Below, in pieces: positions 51,910-62,566 of a stretch of 64,000 nucleotides of DNA. The first letter of the stretch is position 1, and each line of letters opens with the position of its first letter. Made by a program: the position numbers and the translations under genes. The DNA is from Limnohabitans sp. (GTDB taxonomy: Bacteria; Pseudomonadota; Gammaproteobacteria; Burkholderiales; Burkholderiaceae_C): assembly GCF_044361645.1 (NCBI RefSeq), contig NZ_JBIKIL010000003.1, positions 2,623-66,622 of the forward strand, written 5' to 3'. Under the pieces are notes generated by a model. That model saw only the letters and a program-made list of their open reading frames with translations. It had not been told where the DNA came from and searched no databases.

Positions 51910-52674
51910 ATGAAAAACTTTAAAAAACTGGCCTTGGGCTTTGTGATGGCGCTGGGCTTCTTGGCCGGTGCCCAAGCGGCTGGTGGCGGTATTGCCTTGG
52001 ACCAAGCGCCGCACAAAACCAATGATTTGGCGGCTTTGCAAAATGGCGCCAAGCTGTTTGCCAACTACTGCTTGAATTGCCACTCGGCGTCCTACATGCG
52101 TTACAACCGCCTGACCGACATTGGTTTGACAGAGCAGCAAATCAAAGACAATTTGATGTTTTCAACCGATCGTGTGGGTGACACCATGAAGGTCGCGATG
52201 AACCCGGTTCAAGCCAAAGACTGGTTTGGCAAAAATCCGCCCGACCTGACCCTGATGGCGCGTTCCCGTTCTGGTCCAGCAGGCCCGGGCGTGGACTACC
52301 TCTACACCTACCTGCGCACGTATTACCGTGATGAGACCAAGCCCACGGGCTGGAACAACTTGGCTTATCCCAATGTGGGAATGCCCAACCCTTTCTGGGA
52401 ACTGCAAGGAGAGCGAGAGCCCATCTTTGAAGAACAAATGGAGCGCGGGCAAAAAGTTCAGGTCTTCAAAGGCTGGAATACCGTCAAAGCCGGCACCATG
52501 ACACCTCTGGAATTTGACCAGTCCATGGGTGATTTGGCTGGGTACATGCAGTGGATGGCTGAGCCCGGTCAAAACGACCGTGTCCGCATTGGTGTGTGGG
52601 TGTTGATTTTCTTGTCGGTCTTCACCTTTATCGCTTGGCGTTTGAATGCCGCGTATTGGAAAGATATCAAGTAA
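51910..52674 (+). CDS. petC: Cytochrome c1
   Basis: CLNCH heme motif, PPDLTL, C-terminal anchor. Confidence 0.96.
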   Translation: MKNFKKLALGFVMALGFLAGAQAAGGGIALDQAPHKTNDLAALQNGAKLFANYCLNCHSASYMRYNRLTDIGLTEQQIKDNLMFSTDRVGDTMKVAMNPVQAKDWFGKNPPDLTLMARSRSGPAGPGVDYLYTYLRTYYRDETKPTGWNNLAYPNVGMPNPFWELQGEREPIFEEQMERGQKVQVFKGWNTVKAGTMTPLEFDQSMGDLAGYMQWMAEPGQNDRVRIGVWVLIFLSVFTFIAWRLNAAYWKDIK

Positions 52675-52710
52675 ATGATCTTTCACCTGGCTACAAGGTC
52701 AGGTTCTCTG

Positions 52711-52744
52711 GAGTGGCAGGCCCTTGCGGCCTCCCACTCTTTTT
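52711..52744 (+). terminator. Rho-independent terminator after petC
   Basis: GAGTGG-C-AGGCC/GGCCT-C-CCACTC stem followed by TTTTT. Confidence 0.7.
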
Positions 52745-52766
52745 AATTTTTTGAGGAGCCTCCACC

Positions 52767-53378
52767 ATGATGGTGCTTTATTCTGGTACGACTTGCCCCT
52801 TTTCTCACCGCTGCCGCTTTGTGCTGTTTGAAAAAGGCATGGATTTTGAAATCCGTGACGTGGACCTCTACAACAAGCCGGAAGACATCAATGTCATGAA
52901 CCCCTATGGGCAAGTGCCCATTTTGGTGGAACGCGACTTGATTTTGTACGAGTCCAACATCATCAACGAGTACATTGACGAGCGTTTTCCGCATCCCCAA
53001 TTGATGCCCGGCGACCCGGTGGACCGGGCCCGTGTGCGCCTGTTCTTGCTCAACTTTGAAAAAGAACTCTTCACCCATGTGTTGACCCTGGAAAACCGTT
53101 CGCTCAAAGGCAACGACAAAGCACTTGAAAAAGCGCGCTCGCACATCCGTGATCGCCTGACCCAGTTGGCACCCGTGTTTTTGAAAAACAAATTCATGCT
53201 GGGGGACAATTTTTCAATGTTGGACGTAGCCATTGCCCCATTGTTGTGGCGTCTGGATTACTACGGCATTGAACTGAGCAAAAATGCAGCGCCCTTGCTC
53301 AAATATGCTGAGCGGATTTTTTCACGCCCCGCTTACATCGAAGCGCTGACCCCATCGGAAAAAGTGATGCGCAAATAA
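52767..53378 (+). CDS. sspA: Stringent starvation protein A
   Basis: CPFSHRCRFVL.EKG, NPYGQVP, EYIDERFPHP. Confidence 0.95.
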   Translation: MMVLYSGTTCPFSHRCRFVLFEKGMDFEIRDVDLYNKPEDINVMNPYGQVPILVERDLILYESNIINEYIDERFPHPQLMPGDPVDRARVRLFLLNFEKELFTHVLTLENRSLKGNDKALEKARSHIRDRLTQLAPVFLKNKFMLGDNFSMLDVAIAPLLWRLDYYGIELSKNAAPLLKYAERIFSRPAYIEALTPSEKVMRK

Positions 53379-53421
53379 AATTTGGCGCTTTCGGGTGAAT
53401 AATGGAGCCGAAGGAGACCGC

Positions 53422-53871
53422 ATGATCAGCAAAACCGAATTGCCATCGACCCGCCCTTATTTGATTCGCGCTCTTTACGATTGGTGCTCTGAAAATGGCT
53501 TCACACCTTACGTGGCTGTGAAGGTCGACCACTCAGTACAGGTGCCGCGCGAGTACGTGCAAGGTGGTGAGATTGTGCTGAACGTCAGCATGGACGCCAC
53601 CAGCTCGCTGAAGTTGGGCAATGACTTCATTGAGTTCAAGGCACGCTTTGGCGGCAAACCACGCGAGATCATGGTGCCTATCCACCGCGTCATGGCCATT
53701 TATGCCCGAGAAAATGGCCAGGGCATGGCTTTTCCAGTCAATGACGACGAGCTTGCCCCTGCATCTTTGACAAGCGTTGAAAACCCCAGCCCCCTGAAGG
53801 AGGGCGACGACGACAAACCAACCCCCAACGCGGCCACGCCAGTGCGGCCTGCGCTCAAGCGGGTGAAATAA
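53422..53871 (+). CDS. sspB: ClpXP adaptor SspB
   Basis: RPYLIRALYDWC.ENGFTPY, ARFGG, YARENGQGMAF, C-terminal LKRVK. Confidence 0.95.
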   Translation: MISKTELPSTRPYLIRALYDWCSENGFTPYVAVKVDHSVQVPREYVQGGEIVLNVSMDATSSLKLGNDFIEFKARFGGKPREIMVPIHRVMAIYARENGQGMAFPVNDDELAPASLTSVENPSPLKEGDDDKPTPNAATPVRPALKRVK

Positions 53872-53925
53872 AAAATTGGTGACCCGAGCCAAGTCTGAGC
53901 ACAGGCGCGTTAGAATTCAGGCCTT

Positions 53926-54001
53926 GCCGCTTTAGCTCAGTTGGTAGAGCACCCGCCTTGTAAGCGGTAGGTCGTCAGTTCGAATCCGACAAGCGGCACC
54001 A
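53926..54001 (+). tRNA. tRNA-Thr(TGT)
   Basis: 76 nt; acceptor GCCGCTT/AAGCGGC, anticodon loop CTTGTAA, TTCGAAT T-loop, encoded CCA. Confidence 0.95.
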
Positions 54002-54008
54002 TCAAACC

Positions 54009-54040
54009 AGCCTCGGTCTCTCAGAGTCCGGGGCTTTTTT
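54009..54040 (+). terminator. Terminator after tRNA-Thr
   Basis: AGCCTCGG...CCGGGGCT stem followed by a T-run. Confidence 0.65.
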
Positions 54041-54085
54041 GTCCCTGAAGACCAAGACTGCAAGTGGCCAAAGCAAGCAGGGCAG

Positions 54086-54388
54086 TCATTTGTTTTGAAC
54101 TTTGATGCGGATCGAGACAACGCCCAATTGCTGTGATTGCAGGTGCGCCTGAAAGGCCGGTAGAAGTTGACGCAATTTCGCTGCTACAGCGTTTGAGCTG
54201 CACAACAGGCACCATGTGCCGTCTTCGAACGGCCCCGCCTGAACGCTGGACCGCAAAGGGACAGGCAGCAAGCCGTGGATGGCTTGAAGGCGTGCGCAGG
54301 AGTCACGCACACGGCCCATCAAGACAGACAGCGCGGGCGCCTCTTGGGCCGCTTGCTGCAGGGGGATGGCATGGTGGCGTCTTGGCAT
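54086..54388 (-). CDS. DUF721/DciA-like protein divergent from secA
   Basis: LLCSSNAVAAKLRQLLP...LQS..L.V.SIRIKV; position upstream of secA. Confidence 0.65.
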   Translation of the reverse strand: MPRRHHAIPLQQAAQEAPALSVLMGRVRDSCARLQAIHGLLPVPLRSSVQAGPFEDGTWCLLCSSNAVAAKLRQLLPAFQAHLQSQQLGVVSIRIKVQNK

Positions 54389-54627
54389 GGTGGGCGGTGA
54401 GATCGGATTATCTGGCCATGCCCGTGGAACGGGAAAAGTGCCTTGAAAAGGGTTAAGAATTGGGCGTGTCAAGCGGCTAAAATCACCCGATTGAGCTGCC
54501 TGTGCGAGGGTGGTCTGCGAGGGCGATAGGGCACTGTGCCAGAAAAGCCCAGATTTCATAACACTTTTAACCTGACAGGATAGACGGTCTGTATTTTGGC
54601 CCAGTGCTGAAGGTAGATCTCATAGAC

Positions 54628-57375
54628 ATGGCCATCCCATTCCTTACCCAAATTTTTGGCAGTCGCAATGACCGCTTGCTCAAGCAATACCGCAAAACCG
54701 TTGAACGCATCAATGCGTTGGAGGCCGGTCTTGAAAGTTTGAGCGACAACGAGTTGAAGGCCAAAACGCAAAACTTCAGGGACCGTGCAGCAGCGGGCGA
54801 GAGCCTAGATGCACTGCTGCCCGAAGCTTTTGCCGTGGTGCGCGAAGGCTCCAAGCGTGTCATGAAAATGCGCCACTTTGATGTGCAGTTGGCGGGAGGC
54901 ATTGCCCTGCACAACGGCAAAATTGCCGAAATGCGAACGGGTGAGGGCAAGACGCTGACCTCGACATTGCCCGCTTATTTGAATGCCATTTCGGGCAAAG
55001 GCGTGCATGTCGTGACGGTCAATGATTACCTCGCCAGTCGCGACGCGCGGTGGATGGGCAAGCTGTATGAGTTTCTGGGTCTGTCGGTGGGCATCAATTT
55101 GCCGCAAATGCCCAGAGAAGAAAAACAAAGCGCGTACAACTCGGACATCACCTACGGCACGAACAACGAATACGGCTTTGATTATTTGCGTGACAACATG
55201 GTCTATGAAGCCCATGACCGCGTGCAACGCCCTTTGAATTACGCCATCATCGATGAAGTCGATTCGATCTTGATTGACGAGGCGCGCACACCTTTGATCA
55301 TCAGCGGGCAAGCTGAAGACCACACAGCCACCTACATGCAGATGCAGCAAGTCGTGCCCTTGCTGACTCGTCAAGAGGGGGAGGCAGACCCGCGTACGGG
55401 CGAAGGCGTCATCACCCCTGGCGATTTCACTTTGGATGAAAAAGCCCATCAGATCTTTTTGACCGAACAGGGCCACGAAAAGGCCGAAACAGTGCTGGCG
55501 CAAATGGGCTTGATTCCAGAGGGTGCAAGCCTCTACGACCCTGCCAACATCACACTGATGCACCATTTGAATGCGGCTTTGCGTGCGCAGCATTTGTATC
55601 ACCGTGACCAGCACTACGTGGTCCAAGAGGGTGAAATCATCATCGTCGACGAGTTCACGGGCCGCTTGATGACGGGACGCCGATGGAGTGATGGCCTGCA
55701 CCAAGCCGTCGAGGCCAAAGAGGGCGTTCAAATTCAGGCCGAAAACCAGACACTGGCCTCCATCACATTTCAAAACTACTTCAGGCTGTACAGCAAGATC
55801 GGCGGCATGACAGGCACGGCCGATACCGAAGCCTACGAATTTCAAGAAATTTACAGCTTAGAGACCGTGGTCATTCCGCCGCACCGCAAAAGCCAGCGCA
55901 CCGACCAACTTGACCGCGTGTACAAGACATCAAAAGAGCGCTACAACGCTGCGATTGACGACATCCGTGAATGCCACACGCGCGGTCAACCTGTGCTCGT
56001 GGGCACCACGTCGATCGAAAACTCGGAGTTGATTGCCAACTTGCTGACCCAGGCGCAGCTGCCGCATCAAGTGCTCAACGCCAAGCAACATGCCCGCGAG
56101 GCCGACATCGTGGCCCAAGCGGGTCGTCCCGGCATGATCACCATTGCCACCAACATGGCGGGCCGGGGTACCGACATCGTTTTAGGGGGCAACATCGAAA
56201 AAGACGTGCAAGCCGCAGAAGCCGATGAGAGTTTGACCGAACAAGCACGGCATGACAAAGTGCTTGAGTTGCGCGAGGCTTGGAAAGCCGTGCACGAGCA
56301 GGTCAAAGCCTTGGGCGGTCTGCGCATCATCGCTACCGAGCGGCACGAATCTCGGCGCATTGACAATCAATTGCGTGGCCGCTCAGGCCGCCAAGGCGAC
56401 CCGGGTTCATCGCGTTTTTACCTGAGCTTGGACGACCCGCTGATGCGCATCTTTGCGGGTGACCGTGTGCGATCCATCATGGACCGGTTGAAAATGCCCG
56501 AGGGCGAAGCCATCGAAGCAGGCATGGTCACGCGCAGCATTGAAAGTGCGCAGCGCAAAGTGGAGGCCCGTAATTTTGATATTCGCAAACAACTGCTCGA
56601 ATACGACGACGTGTCGAATGATCAGCGCAAAGTGATTTACCAACAGCGCAACGATATTTTGGATGCCCAAGGCATGGACGGCCAGATCAACGCCTTGCGC
56701 GAGGGGTGTTTCAACGATCTGGTGCGCCAGTACGTGCCAGTGGAGTCGGTGGAGGAGCAGTGGGACTTGCCCGGCTTGGAAAAGGTCTTGTTGGAAGAGT
56801 GGGACATGGCTTTGGACATTCAAAGCCAGGTTCAGGCAGCCAGTGCCATCACGGACGAAGACATTGTGACCACGGTGCTGAACGCTGCCAACGCGAAGTT
56901 TCAAAGCAAGCTGGATCAAGTCGGTGCGGAGAGCTTTGTTTCATTCGAGCGCATGATTTTGTTGCAAAGCATAGACACGCATTGGCGCGATCACTTGAGT
57001 GCATTGGATTATTTGCGCCAAGGGATCCATTTGCGTGGTTATGCGCAAAAGCAACCCAAACAAGAATACAAGCGCGAGGCGTTTGAGTTGTTTGGCCAAT
57101 TGCTCGATGCCGTCAAAAACGATGTGACCCGCAGCCTCATGAAGGTTCGCATCGATTCGGGCGATCAGATGCAATTGGCAGCGCAATCCATCGAAGAGCG
57201 TGCCGAGAGAATCAGCAATGTGACTTACAGTGCCCCCGACGAGACCGGGGAGCCGCAAACGGTGTCGGCCAACTTGGCGGGCTTGCAACAAGCCGTTGGC
57301 CAAGTCGGACGCAACGAGCCTTGTCCCTGTGGCAGCGGCAAAAAGTACAAGCACTGCCACGGCAAACTCGCCTGA
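54628..57375 (+). CDS. secA: Preprotein translocase ATPase
   Basis: [56 protein letters not shown] motif [13 protein letters not shown]. Confidence 0.98.
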   Translation: MAIPFLTQIFGSRNDRLLKQYRKTVERINALEAGLESLSDNELKAKTQNFRDRAAAGESLDALLPEAFAVVREGSKRVMKMRHFDVQLAGGIALHNGKIAEMRTGEGKTLTSTLPAYLNAISGKGVHVVTVNDYLASRDARWMGKLYEFLGLSVGINLPQMPREEKQSAYNSDITYGTNNEYGFDYLRDNMVYEAHDRVQRPLNYAIIDEVDSILIDEARTPLIISGQAEDHTATYMQMQQVVPLLTRQEGEADPRTGEGVITPGDFTLDEKAHQIFLTEQGHEKAETVLAQMGLIPEGASLYDPANITLMHHLNAALRAQHLYHRDQHYVVQEGEIIIVDEFTGRLMTGRRWSDGLHQAVEAKEGVQIQAENQTLASITFQNYFRLYSKIGGMTGTADTEAYEFQEIYSLETVVIPPHRKSQRTDQLDRVYKTSKERYNAAIDDIRECHTRGQPVLVGTTSIENSELIANLLTQAQLPHQVLNAKQHAREADIVAQAGRPGMITIATNMAGRGTDIVLGGNIEKDVQAAEADESLTEQARHDKVLELREAWKAVHEQVKALGGLRIIATERHESRRIDNQLRGRSGRQGDPGSSRFYLSLDDPLMRIFAGDRVRSIMDRLKMPEGEAIEAGMVTRSIESAQRKVEARNFDIRKQLLEYDDVSNDQRKVIYQQRNDILDAQGMDGQINALREGCFNDLVRQYVPVESVEEQWDLPGLEKVLLEEWDMALDIQSQVQAASAITDEDIVTTVLNAANAKFQSKLDQVGAESFVSFERMILLQSIDTHWRDHLSALDYLRQGIHLRGYAQKQPKQEYKREAFELFGQLLDAVKNDVTRSLMKVRIDSGDQMQLAAQSIEERAERISNVTYSAPDETGEPQTVSANLAGLQQAVGQVGRNEPCPCGSGKKYKHCHGKLA

Positions 57376-57453
57376 AGGCGCGATGCGAATGGCGCGGGCT
57401 TTGGCCCCTTGTGTCCGTGTGAAGCCTCAAACGTATTTCCCCAAGGATGCCCC

Positions 57454-58683
57454 ATGCCGGTGAATTTGCCTCCCCTGGACCCCGCCCAACTCAGCCCCAT
57501 CGCTGGGGTGCGCATCGGCGTTACCGAGGCCGGTGTGCGCAAGGCCCATCGCAAAGACCTCACGGTGTTTTTGCTGGACGCAGGCACCAGTGTGGCGGGC
57601 GTGTTCACCCGCAACCGGTTTTGCGCTGCCCCTGTGCAAGTCTGCCGCGAGCACCTGGCCGCAGGCAGTGGCGTGCGGGCTTTGGTCATCAACACCGGCA
57701 ATGCGAATGCGGGCACGGGTGCGCCTGGCCTGGCGCATGCCCGCCAGACTTGCGAAGCGCTGGCCAGCTTGCTGCAATGCGCGCCTGAGCAAATTTTGCC
57801 GTTCTCAACGGGTGTGATCATGGAGCCGCTGCCGGTGGCGCGTATCGTGGCTGGCATGCCTGGCGCGCTGGCCGACGCGCAAGCCGCGCATTGGGCACAA
57901 GCGGCCCAAGGCATCATGACCACCGACACCGTGCCCAAGGCGGCCAGCGTGCAGCTGAGCGTGGGCGGCAAGACCGTCAGCATCACCGGCATCAGCAAAG
58001 GAGCGGGCATGATCCGACCCAACATGGCCACCATGCTGGGCTTTGTGGCCACCGACGCTTGCATTGATCCGGCCTTGTTGCCTGCGCTGGCCAAGCGGCT
58101 GGCCGATGGCTCTTTCAACCGCATCACCATCGACGGCGACACCTCGACCAACGATTCATTCATGCTGATCGCCACGCACCAGGCCGGTCACATGCCCATC
58201 ACCTCTTGGGACAGCGCTGACGGCCAAGCTTTGGTCCAAGGTCTGATGCAAGTGGCACGCCAGCTGGCACACGCCATCGTGCGCGATGGCGAGGGCGCGA
58301 CCAAGTTCATCACCGTGCAAGTGCAGGGCGGCCGCACGGCCGAGGAGTGCCGCCTGGTGGCTTATGCCATTGCACATTCGCCCTTGGTCAAAACCGCTTT
58401 TTTTGCCAGCGACCCCAACCTGGGTCGCATCTTGGCCGCCGTGGGCTATGCAGGCATTGAGGACCTGGACCAGGGCCTGATCGACTTGCACTTGGACGAT
58501 GTGCATGTGGTCTCGCAAGGCGGTCGCCGCGCCGAGTACCGCGAAGAAGACGGCCAGCGCGTCATGAAGGGCAGCGAGATCACCGTGCGCGTGGGCCTGG
58601 GCCGGGGCACGGCCAGCGACACCGTATGGACTTGCGACCTGAGCCACGACTACGTCACCATCAACGCGGATTACCGTTCATGA
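57454..58683 (+). CDS. argJ: Bifunctional ornithine acetyltransferase
   Basis: [50 protein letters not shown]. Confidence 0.96.
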   Translation: MPVNLPPLDPAQLSPIAGVRIGVTEAGVRKAHRKDLTVFLLDAGTSVAGVFTRNRFCAAPVQVCREHLAAGSGVRALVINTGNANAGTGAPGLAHARQTCEALASLLQCAPEQILPFSTGVIMEPLPVARIVAGMPGALADAQAAHWAQAAQGIMTTDTVPKAASVQLSVGGKTVSITGISKGAGMIRPNMATMLGFVATDACIDPALLPALAKRLADGSFNRITIDGDTSTNDSFMLIATHQAGHMPITSWDSADGQALVQGLMQVARQLAHAIVRDGEGATKFITVQVQGGRTAEECRLVAYAIAHSPLVKTAFFASDPNLGRILAAVGYAGIEDLDQGLIDLHLDDVHVVSQGGRRAEYREEDGQRVMKGSEITVRVGLGRGTASDTVWTCDLSHDYVTINADYRS

Positions 58684-59570
58684 ATTCACCCGCCACCTCC
58701 GCCCTGGACCAACTGCTGGCCAAAGTCAGCCAGTTGGTGGACCGCATCGAGTCGGTTTTGCCCCAGCCCCTGTCAGCGCCCGACTGGACGCAGGCCATTG
58801 CCTGGCGTTACCGCAAGCGTTCGTCGGGCCATGGTGTGCTGGAGCCGGTGCGCCATGTGGCGGCCATGGCGCTGGCCGATCTGAAAGAAATCGACGACCA
58901 AAAAGAAAAACTGCAACGCAACACCGAGCAGTTTGTGCAAGGCCGTCCGGCCAACAACGTGCTGCTCACCGGTGCCCGTGGCACCGGCAAGTCCTCGCTC
59001 ATCAAGGCCTGCCTGAACACTTACGCGCCCCGAGGCCTGCGCCTGATTGAGGTGGACAAGGAAGACCTGACCGACCTGCCCGACATCATTGAGGTGGTGG
59101 CCAGTCGCCCCGAAAAGTTCATGGTCTATTGCGACGATTTGAGCTTTGAGGACGGCGAGCCCGGCTACAAAGCGCTCAAGTCGATTTTGGATGGTACGGT
59201 GGCGGCTTCCACCCCCAATGTGCTGGTGTACGCGACCAGCAACCGCCGCCACTTGTTGCCCGAGTACATGAGCGAAAACCTCAGCTACAAACACACCGAA
59301 GACGGCGAAGTGCATCCGGGCGAGGGTGTGGAGGAAAAAATCTCCTTGTCTGAACGCTTTGGCCTGTGGATCAGCTTTTACCCCTTCTCGCAAGACGAGT
59401 ACCTGACGATTGCCGGGCAGTGGCTCAGTGCCCTGGGTGCGACGCCCGCACAAATAGCCGCTGCCCGCCCTGACGCCCTGCTCTGGGCTTTGGAGCGCGG
59501 TTCGCGCAGCGGCCGCGTGGCTTACCAGTTCGCGCGCGACATGATGGGCCGCCAAGCGGCTCAGGCCTGA
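58680..59570 (+). CDS. DUF815-family AAA+ ATPase
   Basis: [41 protein letters not shown]. Confidence 0.88.
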   Translation: MNSPATSALDQLLAKVSQLVDRIESVLPQPLSAPDWTQAIAWRYRKRSSGHGVLEPVRHVAAMALADLKEIDDQKEKLQRNTEQFVQGRPANNVLLTGARGTGKSSLIKACLNTYAPRGLRLIEVDKEDLTDLPDIIEVVASRPEKFMVYCDDLSFEDGEPGYKALKSILDGTVAASTPNVLVYATSNRRHLLPEYMSENLSYKHTEDGEVHPGEGVEEKISLSERFGLWISFYPFSQDEYLTIAGQWLSALGATPAQIAAARPDALLWALERGSRSGRVAYQFARDMMGRQAAQA

Positions 59571-59577
59571 ACCCCAC

Positions 59578-60096
59578 ATGAGCCAAGCCCTGCTGGTGGC
59601 CGATGGCGAACGCGCACGCGAAGACCTGAGTACAGGCTTGGCAGCGCGTGCCGTGGTCGATGTGGCGGTGGGTGTGCTGCTGCAGGCCAATGGCCTGTTT
59701 TTGCTGACCTCGCGCCCCGAGGGCAAGGTGTATGCGGGCTATTGGGAATTCCCAGGCGGCAAATTGGAGCCCGGCGAGACGGTCGAACAAGCCTTGCGCC
59801 GTGAGTTGCAAGAAGAGCTGGGCATCACCATTGGCGCAGCGCAAGTCTGGAAAACCCAGATGGTCGATTACCCGCATGCCTTGGTGCGTTTGCACTTCTG
59901 CAAAGTCTGGGATTGGCGGGGTGATTTGCAGATGCGCGAAGCGCAATCCCATGCGTGGCAGACTTTGCCGGTGGCGGTGGTGCCGGTGTTGCCGGGCACC
60001 CTACCGGTGTTGGCTTGCTTGGCAGAGGAACGCCAATTTACCGGTAAAACCCATGAGGCCACCCACGTTGTGGGCACGCATGAGCGCAAGACTTAA
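59578..60096 (+). CDS. mutT: NUDIX hydrolase, 8-oxo-dGTP diphosphatase
   Basis: WEFPGGKLEPGETVEQALRRELQEELG Nudix box. Confidence 0.88.
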   Translation: MSQALLVADGERAREDLSTGLAARAVVDVAVGVLLQANGLFLLTSRPEGKVYAGYWEFPGGKLEPGETVEQALRRELQEELGITIGAAQVWKTQMVDYPHALVRLHFCKVWDWRGDLQMREAQSHAWQTLPVAVVPVLPGTLPVLACLAEERQFTGKTHEATHVVGTHERKT

Positions 60097-60130
60097 AGCA
60101 CACCCAAGTGCAAGTCGGCCGCCGACCAAG

Positions 60131-60346
60131 TCACTGTAGACGCGGATCGCCAGAGGGCGGGTCGGGTGGGGTGTCGTCGGGCAATTTGAAATCTTCGCTG
60201 GCCCAAGCCCCCAAGTCGACGCCCTTGCAGCGCGCGCTGCAAAACGGTCGGTAGGCGTTGTTGGGGCTGTAAATGCTGGTTCCAGCGCAGGCAGGGCAGC
60301 GAACCTTGCGGGACGCAAAGTCTTCAGGCGGGTTCGAATGGCTCAT
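60131..60346 (-). CDS. yacG: DNA gyrase inhibitor YacG
   Basis: CPAC...RPFCSARC..DLGAWASE. Confidence 0.92.
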   Translation of the reverse strand: MSHSNPPEDFASRKVRCPACAGTSIYSPNNAYRPFCSARCKGVDLGAWASEDFKLPDDTPPDPPSGDPRLQ

Positions 60347-61098
60347 GCGCACAAAGACATTTCAAAAGGCACGTCTTCGGCGCTGGGCACCAATTTGCCA
60401 TCGGCTTGTTGGCGCATCAAGCGGATCACCACCAGCAAGCGGTTGCAGCTGATTTCAGGGGTGATGCCCAAGCCGGGGTCGATTTTCAGGCGCAAAAGTT
60501 GAAATGTGCGGCCCTGAGGCAAATTCTGTTGCATCAAGCCCGCTGTGGCCATGACCTTTTGACTGGAGCCTGTTTCGCGGAGCATTTGCAACAGCAGCTC
60601 GATGGCTTGGGACAAAGGCACAAAGGCGGCAAACCACTGCTGCAAATCGGCTTGACGGCTGTGCGCATCGTGGTGTTGCCAAGCGTGGTAGGCCGGCAGG
60701 TCAAACTCGCATGTGCCGCCCGGAATGACAGCCCGGCTTCTGAGGGCCATCAGAAAATCGTTGTCGTTCAGGCTTTGACCGATTTTGCCGTTCACTTGGT
60801 TGAGGGCTTCAAAGTGCCGATCCAATTGCGTTATCAGGCCATCCAGTGCCTTTTCAGAAATGGCAGGATTGCCTCTGTAGGCCATGTAAATTTGTTTTTG
60901 TCGCTCCAAATCCTTGAGCACTTCGGATTTGAGTTCTGAGCGGGTACCCACTTCCATGATTTCAAACAAGGTGGTGAAGGCAAAATGGTGGTCCAACGCG
61001 GTTTCGCGCTGAACCAATAGATGCAAGCGATTGAACAGTTGTTGCAGTCGCAAATAAGTGCGAACGCGTTCGTTAAAAGGGAATTCGTACAGTATCAC
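60343..61098 (-). CDS. zapD: Cell division protein ZapD
   Basis: YEFPFNERVRTYLRL, IPGGTCEFDLP..H.W, PEIS.NR. Confidence 0.93.
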   Translation of the reverse strand: MILYEFPFNERVRTYLRLQQLFNRLHLLVQRETALDHHFAFTTLFEIMEVGTRSELKSEVLKDLERQKQIYMAYRGNPAISEKALDGLITQLDRHFEALNQVNGKIGQSLNDNDFLMALRSRAVIPGGTCEFDLPAYHAWQHHDAHSRQADLQQWFAAFVPLSQAIELLLQMLRETGSSQKVMATAGLMQQNLPQGRTFQLLRLKIDPGLGITPEISCNRLLVVIRLMRQQADGKLVPSAEDVPFEMSLCA

Positions 61099-61120
61099 GC
61101 GGCAGTTTCCAGTGCCGCCA

Positions 61121-61735
61121 TCATAGCCCGAAGTCTGTGGCCGCCAGACCCACGAGGTGGTCTAATTCGTCAAAACTGAGGTGTTGATTGAGAATGACCA
61201 AATCGGCGCAAGCCAAGCGTTGCGCACGTGTGGCTTGTTGCGCCATGATGCGGTCGGTGTCTTCAGGGCTGAGCCCACTGCGCAGCTGAACGCGATGGCG
61301 CTGGGTCTGGGCATCGCAATCGACCACCCATACCCGGTCCAGTTGCTTTCGCCAGCGCGCACCTGACTCAACCAGCAAGGGCACGTCAAAAACCAAAACC
61401 CGGTGACCCTGGAGTGCCGCTGTTTGGGCTTGCGCATCAAGGGTCAAGCTCACCAAAGGGTGGATGATGTTTTCAAGCACCTGTTTGGCTTGAGGGTCTT
61501 GGAAGACCAAGGTCCTCATGGCTTGGCGGTCCATAGAGCCATCGGGGGCCTGCATTTGAGGTCCGAAGCTTGTCACTATCGCGGGCATGGCCAAGCCTTG
61601 GGGGGCGGTCAGTTGGCGGGAAATGGCATCGGCATCGATCACAAACGCCCCCCGCTTTGCCAAAAAACCAGCCACAGTGCTTTTGCCGCTGCCGATGCCG
61701 CCGGTCAAGCCAATGCGCCAAATACGTTCAGACAT
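61121..61735 (-). CDS. coaE: Dephospho-CoA kinase
   Basis: IGLTGGIGSGKST, IDAD, LE.IIHP, DVPLLVE. Confidence 0.95.
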   Translation of the reverse strand: MSERIWRIGLTGGIGSGKSTVAGFLAKRGAFVIDADAISRQLTAPQGLAMPAIVTSFGPQMQAPDGSMDRQAMRTLVFQDPQAKQVLENIIHPLVSLTLDAQAQTAALQGHRVLVFDVPLLVESGARWRKQLDRVWVVDCDAQTQRHRVQLRSGLSPEDTDRIMAQQATRAQRLACADLVILNQHLSFDELDHLVGLAATDFGL

Positions 61736-61746
61736 AGGGGTTGAAA

Positions 61747-62565
61747 TCAAAAAATCACCTGGGGCAGTGGGCCCCACACCATGACCCACAAACCAGCAAG
61801 AACCAAGCAAGGGCCAAAAGCCATTTCACCACCTTGGGCCAATTGACCGCGCAGCTTCAACACCATGGCAGCCAGGATGCCGGTCAATGAGGCGATCAAG
61901 ACCAGAGACAGCAGCGCGGGCCAACCCAGCCAAGCCCCCAATGCAGCCAAAAGTTTGAAGTCACCTTGCCCCATGCCATCTTTGCCCGTGAGGCCTTTGA
62001 AAAGCCAAAAAACCGACCACAAAAAAAGATAACCGGCCGCAGCACCCCAAAGCGCATCTGAAAGCAGCACGCCCGACAGCCCCAAGCTGGCCGCTAACAA
62101 GCCGGACCAAACCAAGGGTTGGGTTATGGCATCGGGCAACAAGCGCGTGTCGGCATCGATGGCGGCCAAGGCCACCAAGGCCGCCGCGAAACCGGCCCAG
62201 ACCCAGGCCTGAAAGCCCCAGCCGTGTTGTGCAAAGACCCAAACAAACAGACCGGCCGTGACCAGCTCAATGATCGGGTAACGCCAGGAGATAGAGGTCT
62301 TGCAGTGCGCGCAGCGCCCCCGCAAATGCAAAAAACCCAGCACGGGTATTTGGTGGTGCCACTTCAGGGTTTGCAAACATTCGGGGCAGTGAGAACGCGG
62401 CACAAGCAAGTTGTATGACGGTTCCGCAGGGCTTGGGGCACTGGGTAAAGCCTCCCACTGAGCCTGCAGCATGCGTGGCAGGCGGTGGATCAGCCGATTC
62501 AGAAAACTTCCCGTGAGCAGGCCCAGCAAGCCGGCCCATGTCAATGCCCAAGCTGTGTCGTTCAT
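61747..62565 (-). CDS. pilD: Prepilin peptidase / N-methyltransferase
   Basis: PRSHCPEC, GRCAHC...IS.RYP, AIDAD..LLPD, GMGQGDFKL, FGP.L. Confidence 0.93.
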   Translation of the reverse strand: MNDTAWALTWAGLLGLLTGSFLNRLIHRLPRMLQAQWEALPSAPSPAEPSYNLLVPRSHCPECLQTLKWHHQIPVLGFLHLRGRCAHCKTSISWRYPIIELVTAGLFVWVFAQHGWGFQAWVWAGFAAALVALAAIDADTRLLPDAITQPLVWSGLLAASLGLSGVLLSDALWGAAAGYLFLWSVFWLFKGLTGKDGMGQGDFKLLAALGAWLGWPALLSLVLIASLTGILAAMVLKLRGQLAQGGEMAFGPCLVLAGLWVMVWGPLPQVIF

Positions 62566-62566
62566 G

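Noticed and set aside
53926-54001. tRNA-Thr as an island integration site or pseudo-tRNA (C-U and A-C mismatches in stems)
   Set aside because: No duplicated 3' end or adjacent integrase was seen. Single stem mismatches are tolerated and the cloverleaf and CCA are intact.
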